The translations under genes were made by a program, and so were the position numbers. A stretch of 64,000 bases of DNA from an uncultured Candidatus Binatia bacterium (GTDB taxonomy: Bacteria; Desulfobacterota; Binatia; UBA9968; JAJDTQ01): assembly GCA_965215605.1 (NCBI GenBank), contig OZ244070.1, positions 2,400,001 through 2,464,000 on the forward strand. The letters run 5' to 3'. The first letter of the stretch is position 1. Every line of letters starts with the position of its first letter. Of this stretch, positions 28,984 to 37,812 are shown piece by piece. The notes beneath the pieces are model-generated. The model was given only the letters and a program-made list of their open reading frames with translations. It did no database searches and was not told the origin of the DNA.

Positions 28984-30581
28984 GGGACGACGGCGCGGCA
29001 CATTCCGCTTGGGTGGATGCCAGCATTGGTGAGTTGGTTGCGTCTGATGGACTCTTCACCGACGGCGATTGGGTGGAGACCAAGGATCAGGATCCCAACG
29101 GGACCGTTCGACTCATCCAATTGGCGGACATCGGGGACGGGAATTTCCTCGACAAATCCGCCCGGTTTCTAACCAGAGCTAAAGCCCATGCTCTGAATTG
29201 TACGTTCCTGGCTAAGGGAGATCTACTCATCGCACGATTGGCGGAGCCGCTCGGGCGTTGCTGCATCTTCCCTCTGAATGGAGAGGAGGAGTACGTAACG
29301 GTAGTTGACGTGTGCGTGGTCCGTCTAGGTACTTCGGTGATCGACCCCAAATACGTCATGTACGCCATCAATAGTGCTCGCACTCGAACCGACATTGAAG
29401 CGCATAGCTCCGGGTCAACACGAAAAAGAGTTTCTCGCAGGAATCTTGCTAGAGTAACCGTTCCACTTGCCCCCCGCTACGAGCAGTGCCGCATCGTCGC
29501 CAAGATCGAAGAACTCTTCTCGGAACTCGACAAGGGCATCGAGAGCCTGAAGACGGCGCGCCGGCAGCTTGAAGTCTATCGACAAGCTGTCCTGAAGCAC
29601 GCCTTCGAAGGCAAGCTCACGGCGCAATGGCGCGAAGAGAACAAGGATAAGCTCGAGACGCCCGAGGAATTGTTGATCCACATCAAGCGGGAGCGCGAAG
29701 CACGGCACGGTCAACAACTCACCGATTGGAAGACCGCACTTCGACGGTGGGAAGCCAATGGGAAGGAGGGAAAGAAGCCAAACAAACCGAGAGGCGTAAA
29801 ACAGGTGCCAGCGTTTGCAGAAGAAGAGATGGGACTATTGGAAAAACTACCCAGTAGTTGGCAATGGCTATCCGCCGAGGTTGTAGGCGCCATTCAACTC
29901 GGTCGTCAGCGATCTCCAAGGAACAGGTCAAAGAGTTACCCAACAAAATATATTCGAGCAGCAAATATCACGGAGCAGGGGTTGGAGTTGGACGACGTCC
30001 TCGATATGGAATTTGCTCCCCACGAATTGAACACTTATCGACTGGAAAAGAGGGATTTGGTGCTGTCCGAAGCATCAGGAAGCGCAGCGCAGGTCGGTAA
30101 ACCGGCGATTTGGGACGGTCAGATTCCGAATTGCTGTTTCCAAAATACAGTGATCCGACACCGACCCTATTGCGGAGAGCATGCGGCCTATCTCCTGTGG
30201 CTCTACCGCTTTTATTACTTGAGTGGGAAATTTGCGCGAGTCGCGGGCGGTGTTGGGATCAATCACCTGAGTGCAAACAAGTTTGCCCAGCTTGCCCTAC
30301 CTATTTGTTCCCCCCTTGAACAGCATGAAGTCGTTCTGTTGTTGGAGGACAAGTTCAAGTTCCTTCAGGAGAGCGAGCGAGAGATCATCGCTGCCTTGGA
30401 GCGAGCGGTGTCGCTACGTCAGTCCATCTTGAATGAAGCCTTTGCAGGTCGACTCGTCCCGCAGGATCCCAACGATGAGCCTGCTTCTGTGTTGCTCGAA
30501 CGAATCAAGGCTGACAAAGCGGCATGCTCCAGCCACACCATTACTTCAGAAAAACGTAGACGGGCCAAGACAATGTCATGA
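28980..30581 (+). CDS. hsdS: Type I RM specificity subunit
   Basis: Two TRDs; EQCRIVAKIEELF...AFEGKLT; LRQSILNEAFAGRLVPQDPNDEPASVLLERI. Confidence 0.92.
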   Translation: MRDDGAAHSAWVDASIGELVASDGLFTDGDWVETKDQDPNGTVRLIQLADIGDGNFLDKSARFLTRAKAHALNCTFLAKGDLLIARLAEPLGRCCIFPLNGEEEYVTVVDVCVVRLGTSVIDPKYVMYAINSARTRTDIEAHSSGSTRKRVSRRNLARVTVPLAPRYEQCRIVAKIEELFSELDKGIESLKTARRQLEVYRQAVLKHAFEGKLTAQWREENKDKLETPEELLIHIKREREARHGQQLTDWKTALRRWEANGKEGKKPNKPRGVKQVPAFAEEEMGLLEKLPSSWQWLSAEVVGAIQLGRQRSPRNRSKSYPTKYIRAANITEQGLELDDVLDMEFAPHELNTYRLEKRDLVLSEASGSAAQVGKPAIWDGQIPNCCFQNTVIRHRPYCGEHAAYLLWLYRFYYLSGKFARVAGGVGINHLSANKFAQLALPICSPLEQHEVVLLLEDKFKFLQESEREIIAALERAVSLRQSILNEAFAGRLVPQDPNDEPASVLLERIKADKAACSSHTITSEKRRRAKTMS

Positions 30582-32158
30582 CCGGTAAGCTTCCCATCAA
30601 CCTCCACGATCTGCTGCGCCAGCGCACCATCGAGGGCGAGCGCGTTGAGTACAAGGCCGGTTGGAATCCGAGGGCCGTGCTGCACACCATCTGCGCCTTC
30701 GCCAACGACTTTCACAATCTGGGCGGCGGTTACGTGGTAGTGGGAGTCGAGGAACGGAACGGCCGTCCGGTCCTGCCGCCCACGGGCATTAATCCCGATT
30801 CGGTTGACGCGATACAGAGGGAATTGCTGAATCTCGGACACTCGGCCATACAGCCTCAGTACCACCCGCTTACGGCCACTTATGAAGTCGATGGCCGGAC
30901 CATCCTCGTACTGTGGGCGCCCGGCGGCGAGAGTCGGCCCTACAAGGCCCGGCTCGGCCTGACGCCGAAACGGCAGGAGTGGGGCTATTTCATCCGCAGG
31001 CACAGCAGCACGGTCCGGGCCAAGGGCCAGGACGAGCGCGAGTTGCTGAGCCTGACCGCCACCGTGCCCTTCGATGATCGATATCGCCAAACGGCTTCGC
31101 TGGATGACCTGTCCCATCGGCTGATCCGGGAGTTTTTGCGGGACATAGGCAGCGACCTCGCTTCTGAAGCCGCCGGTCTGTCGGTGGCGGCCCTGGGTCA
31201 GCGCATGAACCTTGTCGGCGGACCGCCCGAAGCGATGTTCCCCAAGAACGTCGGCTTGCTGTTTTTCAACGACCGCCCCCACGACTTCTTCCCCGCAACC
31301 CAGATCGACGTCGTGTGGTTCCCGGACGGCCCGGGTGGGGACCGATTCGAGGAAAAGGAGTTCCGCGGCCCTCTGTCGATCATCCTCGGCGAGGCGATCG
31401 GTTACATCGAGCGGAACTACCTGAAGGAAACGGTCGTCAAGCATCCGCACAAGCCGGAAGCCGAGCGATTCTGGAACTTTCCCATCGGCGCAATCGAGGA
31501 AGCGCTGGTCAACGCCGTCTACCATCGCTCTTACGAAGAGCGGGAGCCGGTGGAGGTGCGCATCACCCCGGACGAGTTGGTGGTCTTGAGCTTTCCCGGC
31601 GCCGACCGATCCATCCGCATGGAGGACTTCGAGAAGGGGCAAGCCGTGAGCCGCCGCTACCGCAACCGCCGAATCGGCGAGTTTCTCAAGGAACTCGATC
31701 TGGCCGAAGGCAGGTCCACCGGAGTGCCCAAGATCCTGCGGGCCATGCGGGGAAACGGCTCTCCGGCCCCAGTCTTCGAGAGCGACGACGACCGCACGTG
31801 GTTTCTGGTCCGTCTTCCGGTGCACGAACGGGTGCGCCCGGAGCCCACCGAACAAGATGCCCCTCAACTCACCGAACAAGTCACCGGGCAAGTCACCGGG
31901 CAAGTCACCGGGCAAGTCAAGCAACTCGTGGTGGCCCTCACGGAAGAGATGAGCCGCGCCGAATTGCAGGCGGCGTTGAGCTTGACTCACCGGGACTACT
32001 TCACCGCGGCGTATCTCCGCCCCGCCCTCGAAGCCGGCCTGATCGAAATGACGCTCCCGGACAAGCCAACCAGCCGAATCCAGCGTTATCGGCGCACCGC
32101 GGCCGGCGAAGCCCTGGCGCGACAGGCCAAGACCACATCGAAGGACTCCCGCGCATGA
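30578..32158 (+). CDS. Schlafen/AlbA_2 + HATPase-like (RecG_C type) + C-terminal HTH protein
   Basis: EGERVEYK..AFAN..GGGYVVVGVEE; EALVNAVYHRSY; YRNRRIGEFL..EGRSTGV; YLRPALEAGLIEMTLPDKP. Confidence 0.82.
   Translation: MTGKLPINLHDLLRQRTIEGERVEYKAGWNPRAVLHTICAFANDFHNLGGGYVVVGVEERNGRPVLPPTGINPDSVDAIQRELLNLGHSAIQPQYHPLTATYEVDGRTILVLWAPGGESRPYKARLGLTPKRQEWGYFIRRHSSTVRAKGQDERELLSLTATVPFDDRYRQTASLDDLSHRLIREFLRDIGSDLASEAAGLSVAALGQRMNLVGGPPEAMFPKNVGLLFFNDRPHDFFPATQIDVVWFPDGPGGDRFEEKEFRGPLSIILGEAIGYIERNYLKETVVKHPHKPEAERFWNFPIGAIEEALVNAVYHRSYEEREPVEVRITPDELVVLSFPGADRSIRMEDFEKGQAVSRRYRNRRIGEFLKELDLAEGRSTGVPKILRAMRGNGSPAPVFESDDDRTWFLVRLPVHERVRPEPTEQDAPQLTEQVTGQVTGQVTGQVKQLVVALTEEMSRAELQAALSLTHRDYFTAAYLRPALEAGLIEMTLPDKPTSRIQRYRRTAAGEALARQAKTTSKDSRA
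31865..31918 (+). repeat. In-frame 12-bp tandem repeat (QVTG)
   Basis: CAACTCACCGAA, then three perfect CAAGTCACCGGG, then partial CAAGTC. Confidence 0.9.
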
Positions 32159-33648
32159 ACACCGCTCCCATCGTCTCCAAAGTCTGGAGCTTCTGTACCA
32201 CCCTGCGCGACGACGGCGTCGGCTATGGCGACTACCTGGAGCAGCTCACCTACCTGATCTTCCTCAAGATGGCGGACGAGTACGGGAAGCCGCCTCGCAA
32301 TCGTGATGTCGGCATCCCGGCCGAGTACAACTGGACGAGTCTGAGGTCGAAGCGGGGCGCGGAGCTGGAGAGCCACTACGTCACGCTGCTTCGTGAGCTT
32401 GGCGCCAGGACCGGCATGCTGGGGCAGATCTTCACCAAGGCCCAGAACAAGATCCAGGACCCGGCGAAGCTTTACCGCCTCATCGACATGGTGGACGCCA
32501 CCGAGTGGGTCACCATGGTCGCCGATATCAAGGGTGACATCTACGAGGGTCTGTTGGAGAAGAACGCCGAGGACACCAAGTCAGGCGCGGGGCAGTATTT
32601 CACGCCGCGCGCCCTCATCCGCGCCATGGTGGAATGCGTGCGGCCCGAACCCCGCAAGCTCATCGCCGACCCCGCCTGCGGCACCGGCGGGTTCTTCCTG
32701 GTGGCCTACGATTTCCTCACCAACCAGGACAACTTCAAGCTGGACCAGCAACAAAACGCGTTCCTCAAGCACGACACGTTTCACGGCAACGAGATCGTCG
32801 CCAATACCCGGCGCCTGTGCCTCATGAACATGCTCCTCCACAACATCGGCGAGATCGACGGCCGCGCGCCCATATCGTCCAACGACGCGCTCGTGGCCGA
32901 CGCCGGGCAGCGGTTCGACTACGTGTTCGCCAACCCGCCTTTCGGCAAGAAGAGCTCCATGAGCTTCACCAACGAGGAAGGCGAGCAGGAGACGGACGAC
33001 CTGACCTACAACCGGCAGGATTTCTGGGCAGCCACGTCCAACAAGCAGCTCAATTTCGTGCAGCACATCCGGACCATGCTCAAGACCGACGGCCGCGCCG
33101 CGGTCGTGGTGCCGGACAACGTGTTGTTCGAGGGCGGCGCCGGCGAAACCATCCGGAAAAAGCTGTTGGACAACACCGACCTGCACACCATCCTCCGGCT
33201 TCCCACCGGCGTGTTCTACGCCCAGGGGGTCAAGGCCAACGTGATCTTCTTCGACAACCGCGAAGCCAGCCCCGACCCGTGGACGAAGCAGGTCTGGTAC
33301 TACGACTACCGCACCAACATTCACCATACGCTCAAGAAGAAGCCCATGCGCTATGAGGACCTGCTGGACTTCGTGAAGTGCTACAACCCGCGGAACCGTC
33401 ATCAACGCAAGCCCACTTGGGACGAGACCGACGCGCCGGAAGGCCGTTGGCGCAGCTACAGCTACGACGAACTCGCCGCCCGCGACAAGACCAGCCTCGA
33501 CATCTTCTGGCTCAAGGACAAGAACCTCACCGACCTGGACAACCTGCCCGAACCCGACGATCTCGCCGAAGAGATCATCGAGAACCTGGAGGCCGGCCTC
33601 AACAGTTTCCGCGAAGTGCTGGCCGGTTTACGGCAGTCAGGCCGTTGA
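32155..33648 (+). CDS. hsdM: Type I RM N6-adenine methyltransferase subunit
   Basis: YLEQLTYLIFLKM, GQYFTPR, DPACGTGG, ANPPF, VVPDNVLFEG; ATG at 32155. Confidence 0.95.
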   Translation: MNTAPIVSKVWSFCTTLRDDGVGYGDYLEQLTYLIFLKMADEYGKPPRNRDVGIPAEYNWTSLRSKRGAELESHYVTLLRELGARTGMLGQIFTKAQNKIQDPAKLYRLIDMVDATEWVTMVADIKGDIYEGLLEKNAEDTKSGAGQYFTPRALIRAMVECVRPEPRKLIADPACGTGGFFLVAYDFLTNQDNFKLDQQQNAFLKHDTFHGNEIVANTRRLCLMNMLLHNIGEIDGRAPISSNDALVADAGQRFDYVFANPPFGKKSSMSFTNEEGEQETDDLTYNRQDFWAATSNKQLNFVQHIRTMLKTDGRAAVVVPDNVLFEGGAGETIRKKLLDNTDLHTILRLPTGVFYAQGVKANVIFFDNREASPDPWTKQVWYYDYRTNIHHTLKKKPMRYEDLLDFVKCYNPRNRHQRKPTWDETDAPEGRWRSYSYDELAARDKTSLDIFWLKDKNLTDLDNLPEPDDLAEEIIENLEAGLNSFREVLAGLRQSGR

Positions 33649-33739
33649 TGCGCCGCCGTCTGTTGAGGGCGCGAGACCGCTTGTCCGGCCTTCCGTCGAG
33701 GCTGTTGACAAATTGCACACATTCGATGATGATTGTGTG

Positions 33740-34027
33740 GTGGAAGTTCGTTTTGACTGGAACCTGGAAAAGAACCAGCAACTCGTTGAACAAAGGGGTG
33801 TCTCATTCGAGCGCGTCGTGTCCGCGATTGAGCAGGGCGGTGTGGTGGATGTGCTGGATCATCCCAACCAACAGCGCTACCGGGGGCAGATGATCTACGT
33901 CGTGGACATCGATGGTTACCTGCATCTCGTGCCTTTCGTAATTGCCGCAGACGGTTCAAGATTTCTGAAGACGATTATCCCGAGCCGGAAGGCGACGCGG
34001 GATCACTGGAGGAGGCGATCATCGTGA
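33740..34027 (+). CDS. BrnT-like toxin
   Basis: FDWNLEKN...RGVSFE, HPN..Y.GQ, FLKTIIPSRKAT; TTGACA upstream; start 33737 or 33740. Confidence 0.78.
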   Translation: MEVRFDWNLEKNQQLVEQRGVSFERVVSAIEQGGVVDVLDHPNQQRYRGQMIYVVDIDGYLHLVPFVIAADGSRFLKTIIPSRKATRDHWRRRSS

Positions 34028-34299
34028 AGAAAGAACTGAACGCCGAGGAGCGGGAGATTCTGGAGCATTTCGAGCGGGGTGAGTTGACCAGTGCGTCCGA
34101 AGCTCGGCGCGAGATGGAGACGGCACGGCTTGCGGCCCGCAATACGTTCAACAAGACTCGGAGGGTCAACCTGCGGGTCACCGAGCGTGACTTCAACCTC
34201 GCCCACGCGCGTGCGCGCGAGGATGGTATCCCGTACCAGACGCTGTTGTCGAGCGTGATTCACAAGTACCTTTCCGGACGGCTGACCGAGAACCGGTAG
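34024..34299 (+). CDS. CopG/BrnA-like antitoxin
   Basis: VNLRV...AREDGIPYQTLLSSVIHKY (RHH); GTGA overlap with the toxin. Confidence 0.8.
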   Translation: MKKELNAEEREILEHFERGELTSASEARREMETARLAARNTFNKTRRVNLRVTERDFNLAHARAREDGIPYQTLLSSVIHKYLSGRLTENR

Positions 34300-34365
34300 C
34301 AAGCGTCATCGCGCGGGATTGGCAGCAGAAAGTCGGTAACGCCTGCGGCCAGCCTTTCTTTCGGC

Positions 34366-34501
34366 ATGAACCCGCCGGCAACAGTCCTCATCACCGGCGT
34401 TACCCGGTTACATCGGCGACAGGTTGGGTCCCCGACTCCTCGACGACGGCCATCGTGTGCGTGTGCTGGCGCGAGAGATCGCAAGGCGCGCCGAGGCTTG
34501 A
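34366..34501 (+). pseudogene. Frameshifted N-terminal fragment of an NAD(P)-binding Rossmann/SDR protein
   Basis: Removing one C restores TVLITGVTGYIGDRLGPRLLDDGHRVRVLAR, followed by an early stop. Confidence 0.65.
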
Positions 34502-34528
34502 CTGAACTCCGGATACGGGAGGTGCGAC

Positions 34529-35293
34529 ATGGCGGGAACAACAGTCTTCGAACCCGGCGGGTACCGGTACGTGCGGGGGCGGTTCCAGTATTCGGGAGGC
34601 GTCTCGGCGGAGCCGGGATTCGTCATCGAACGCGCCCGGTTCGCGCGCCCGGTGCCGCTCGACGAAGGGTTCCGCCGGATCGAGACGTATCTCGACGGCC
34701 TCGGACGGCCGCCCACCGCGTTCTGCGCTTGCGAGCTGCGCTCGCCGGGGCAGTTCACGGAAGAAGGCTTCATTGCGTTCAATCGGGTCTATGTGAGCAC
34801 GCTCGAACGGTGGGGCCTCTTCAAGGACGAGGACAACCCCGTCGCGCGGTCGAACGTGTGTCCCGAGGTGCGTCCTCCGAGTGAACCCTGTTTCCATGCA
34901 TTTTCATACACGGTGCCGGCCGGGTCGGGTGACGCGGCGGGGCTCAAGAGCTTCGTGATCGCGGGCTCCGGTGAAGCGCCCGAAGGACCGGGCGGGTATG
35001 GCGCCCGGATCATCCGTCTCGGGGACACGTCGCCCGACGCCATGCGGGAAAAGGCGCAATTCGTCCTCGGAGCGCTGGAGCTTCGGATGGCGGCGTTGGG
35101 CCTGACGTGGGCGGACGCCACCACGAGCCAGCTCTACACGGTCCACGAAATCCAAGGGTTTCTCGCCGACGAGATCGTCCGCCGGGGCGCGGCGCCGGAC
35201 GGCGTCACATGGACCTACGCCCGTCCGCCGGTCCAGGGACTGGAGTTTGAAATGGACGTCCGGAGCGTGCCGGTGGAGCGGGTCATCGGTTGA
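34529..35293 (+). CDS. CnbZ-like (aminomuconate deaminase-like) protein
   Basis: YSGGV, FCACELRSP, NPVARSNVCP, FVIAGSGE, RPPV..LEFEMD; RBS GGAGG. Confidence 0.6.
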   Translation: MAGTTVFEPGGYRYVRGRFQYSGGVSAEPGFVIERARFARPVPLDEGFRRIETYLDGLGRPPTAFCACELRSPGQFTEEGFIAFNRVYVSTLERWGLFKDEDNPVARSNVCPEVRPPSEPCFHAFSYTVPAGSGDAAGLKSFVIAGSGEAPEGPGGYGARIIRLGDTSPDAMREKAQFVLGALELRMAALGLTWADATTSQLYTVHEIQGFLADEIVRRGAAPDGVTWTYARPPVQGLEFEMDVRSVPVERVIG

Positions 35294-35334
35294 GTCTCGT
35301 GAGGCGTCCGTGGGACGGAGGTAGATCGGATGGA

Positions 35335-35367
35335 TTGAAATTATGCACTAAGAATGCATAATATTCA
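35335..35367 (+). promoter_or_regulatory. Palindromic promoter/operator of the second AAA+/DUF4143 gene
   Basis: TTGAAATTATGCA-CTAAGAA-TGCATAATATTCA, ending 2 nt before the ATG (leaderless arrangement). Confidence 0.55.
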
Positions 35368-35369
35368 CC

Positions 35370-36593
35370 ATGGGCTCGCCGTACCTCAAACGCTCGCTCG
35401 AACCCGTTCTCAGGAAGGCGGCCGCGGAGTTTCCCGCCGTCGTCCTGACGGGGCCGCGCCAGTCCGGCAAGACAACCCTGCTGCAACATCTCTTTGGTAG
35501 GCGTTACGGGTACGTGTCCCTGGAGCCTCCGGACGTTCGTGCGGCCGCCGTGAATGACCCGCGCGGGTTTCTGGAACTGTATCCGGCACCGGTGGTCCTT
35601 GACGAGGTGCAGTACGCGCCCGACCTGCTTCCCTACATCAAGGAGAAGATCGATGCGAACCGCGACACGAACGGTCAATATCTTCTGACCGGCTCACAGA
35701 ATCTATTGCTTGCCGAGAAGGTGACCGAATCGCTGGCGGGCCGCGCGGCTATGCTCCGCCTGTTGCCGTTGTCGAGGCGGGAAGCCGAGGGACGGCCTGG
35801 GACCGTCTTTGCTTGGGAACGCAAGCGTCCGCCGTCTTCGAGAACGCCACATGGATTTGGCGAACTGTGGAAGCGCTTCCTTCGGGGCGGATACCCGGAA
35901 CTCGCCGTAGACTCCGGTCGGGACGCCTCCCTCTGGCATGCCAGCTACATCCAGACCTATCTTGAACGGGACGTGCGTACCGTCCGGCAGGTGGGAGACC
36001 TGACCCAGTATCAGAATTTTCTCCGCCTGCTGGCGGCCCGAAGCGCCCAACTCCTGAATCTTGCCGACGTCGCTCGAGACCTCGGGGTGGCGGTCAATTC
36101 GATCAAGGCTTGGCTGTCCGTGCTCGAGGCCACCTACCAGGTGATCGTGCTGCGCCCCTATTTCGCCAACGTCGGAAAGCGGTTCGTCAAGACCCCGAAG
36201 GTGTACTTTGCCGACGTCGGCACGCTGTGCCATCTCGCAGGTCTCAAGGACCCCGAACATGCTGCCTCCGGCCCCATGGGCGGCGCAATCATGGAGACGG
36301 CCGTGCTGTCCGAGATCGTGCGGACTCTGACGCATCGGGGGATGGAGCCGCGAGTCTACTTCTGGCGGACCGTGGCGGGCACGGAAGTGGACTTCGTGGT
36401 CGAGACCAGCGGTGGACTCGTCCCCATCGAGGTAAAGCTGTCCGCGACCCCGCGGCCGGCAATGGCCAGTGCCATCAGGACGCTGCAGGGAGACATTGGA
36501 AGCACCGCGATGCCCGGCTACGTGGTGCACCCCGGTGACATACGCTTGCCCCTCGGTTCCGGCGTGACCGCGCTTCCCTTCGCCGACCTGTAG
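35370..36593 (+). CDS. AAA+ ATPase (AAA_14) with DUF4143 domain
   Basis: LTGPRQSGKTT, LDEVQ, LTGSQ, ESLAGR, GGYP, KTPKVYFADVG, EVDFVV..IEVK. Confidence 0.9.
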   Translation: MGSPYLKRSLEPVLRKAAAEFPAVVLTGPRQSGKTTLLQHLFGRRYGYVSLEPPDVRAAAVNDPRGFLELYPAPVVLDEVQYAPDLLPYIKEKIDANRDTNGQYLLTGSQNLLLAEKVTESLAGRAAMLRLLPLSRREAEGRPGTVFAWERKRPPSSRTPHGFGELWKRFLRGGYPELAVDSGRDASLWHASYIQTYLERDVRTVRQVGDLTQYQNFLRLLAARSAQLLNLADVARDLGVAVNSIKAWLSVLEATYQVIVLRPYFANVGKRFVKTPKVYFADVGTLCHLAGLKDPEHAASGPMGGAIMETAVLSEIVRTLTHRGMEPRVYFWRTVAGTEVDFVVETSGGLVPIEVKLSATPRPAMASAIRTLQGDIGSTAMPGYVVHPGDIRLPLGSGVTALPFADL

Positions 36594-36693
36594 CGTCGCG
36601 CTACCCGAGCAGGATTGATCAGTCATTCGCTCTATGGCGCTAACGGGTCAAGTCGGGTATCTCCACCACAACAGGAAGTCAGGAGGTTTCATC

Positions 36694-37707
36694 ATGCGTT
36701 TTGGCATCGCGTTCGGCAGCTACCCCTCGGACCTGGACCGGGCCGGCGTCTGCCGCGACTTCAGGGAACGGGCTCGGGTGGCCCACGCCAGCAACTACGA
36801 GGCGCTCTTCGTGGCGCAGCACTACTCCACGGGACCGGACGCGGCCATGCTCCAATCCCTGCCGTTGCTGTCGTACTTCGCGGGTCTGACCCCCGGCATG
36901 TACCTGGGCACGGCGATATTCCTGCTGCCCATGCACCAGCCTCTGATGGTGGCGGAGTACACCGCCACCCTCGACAACCTGTGCGACGGCAAGTTCCTCT
37001 TCGGCATCGGCCAGGGCTATCGCGACGTCGAGTTCACCTCCATGGGCGTGCCCCTGCGCGAGAAGCGCCGCCGGCTGGAGGAGGGGATCGAGGTGGTGAA
37101 GCGGCTGTGGACCGAAGACGAGGTGCATCACCAGGGCCGGTTCTACCGCATCGACGGCGTCACCATCCAGCCCAAGCCGATCCGGAAACCTCGGCCGCCC
37201 ATCCTGCTGGGGGCCGACACCGTGCCCACCGTCGGTCGCGTGCCGGAGGTCGCCGACCACTGGATCGCCAGCCGCCGTCACACCAAGACCTTCCTGCGCG
37301 AGGCCGTGCCCGCGTACAAGCGCGCGCTGGAGGCCCAGGGCCGCCCCTTCGAGGGCCTCTACATCTTCCGCGACCTCTGCGTCGCCGACAGCCGCAAGGA
37401 GGCCGAAGACCGCATCCGCGAGGGCTATGAGCGGCGCTACGAACGCTACCAGCGCTGGGGCCAGCCGGGGGAGCGCTACGATCTCCCGTTCGAGCAGTTG
37501 CAGCAGGACCGCCTGGTCCTCGGCAGCCCGGCCGAGGTGGCCGAGCAGGTGCTCTCCTACCACCAGGAATTCGGCGCCGAGATCATGTGGTTCATGGTGG
37601 ACTGGCCCGGCATGGACGCCAGCATCACCCTCGAAACCATCCAACGCTTCGGCGAGGAGGTCATCCCCGAGTTGAAGCGGCTGACGCCGGAGTCCCCGCT
37701 GCCGTAG
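36694..37707 (+). CDS. LLM-class flavin-dependent oxidoreductase
   Basis: FVAQHY, LGTAIFLLP..P, TLDNL..G...GIGQGY, PPILLG, GSPAEV; AGGAGG RBS. Confidence 0.88.
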   Translation: MRFGIAFGSYPSDLDRAGVCRDFRERARVAHASNYEALFVAQHYSTGPDAAMLQSLPLLSYFAGLTPGMYLGTAIFLLPMHQPLMVAEYTATLDNLCDGKFLFGIGQGYRDVEFTSMGVPLREKRRRLEEGIEVVKRLWTEDEVHHQGRFYRIDGVTIQPKPIRKPRPPILLGADTVPTVGRVPEVADHWIASRRHTKTFLREAVPAYKRALEAQGRPFEGLYIFRDLCVADSRKEAEDRIREGYERRYERYQRWGQPGERYDLPFEQLQQDRLVLGSPAEVAEQVLSYHQEFGAEIMWFMVDWPGMDASITLETIQRFGEEVIPELKRLTPESPLP

Positions 37708-37812
37708 GTGCGTCCGCGGGCGGCTCACTCGCTTGAGAAGGGGCCGCTATTGCAACTTTGGGGGTCAAATTACAATAGTGCACGTCGCAATTGTCGAGGA
37801 GTGCAACAGCGC

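Noticed and set aside
31865-31918. CRISPR-like repeat
   Set aside because: Contiguous 12-bp coding repeats without spacers; no cas genes
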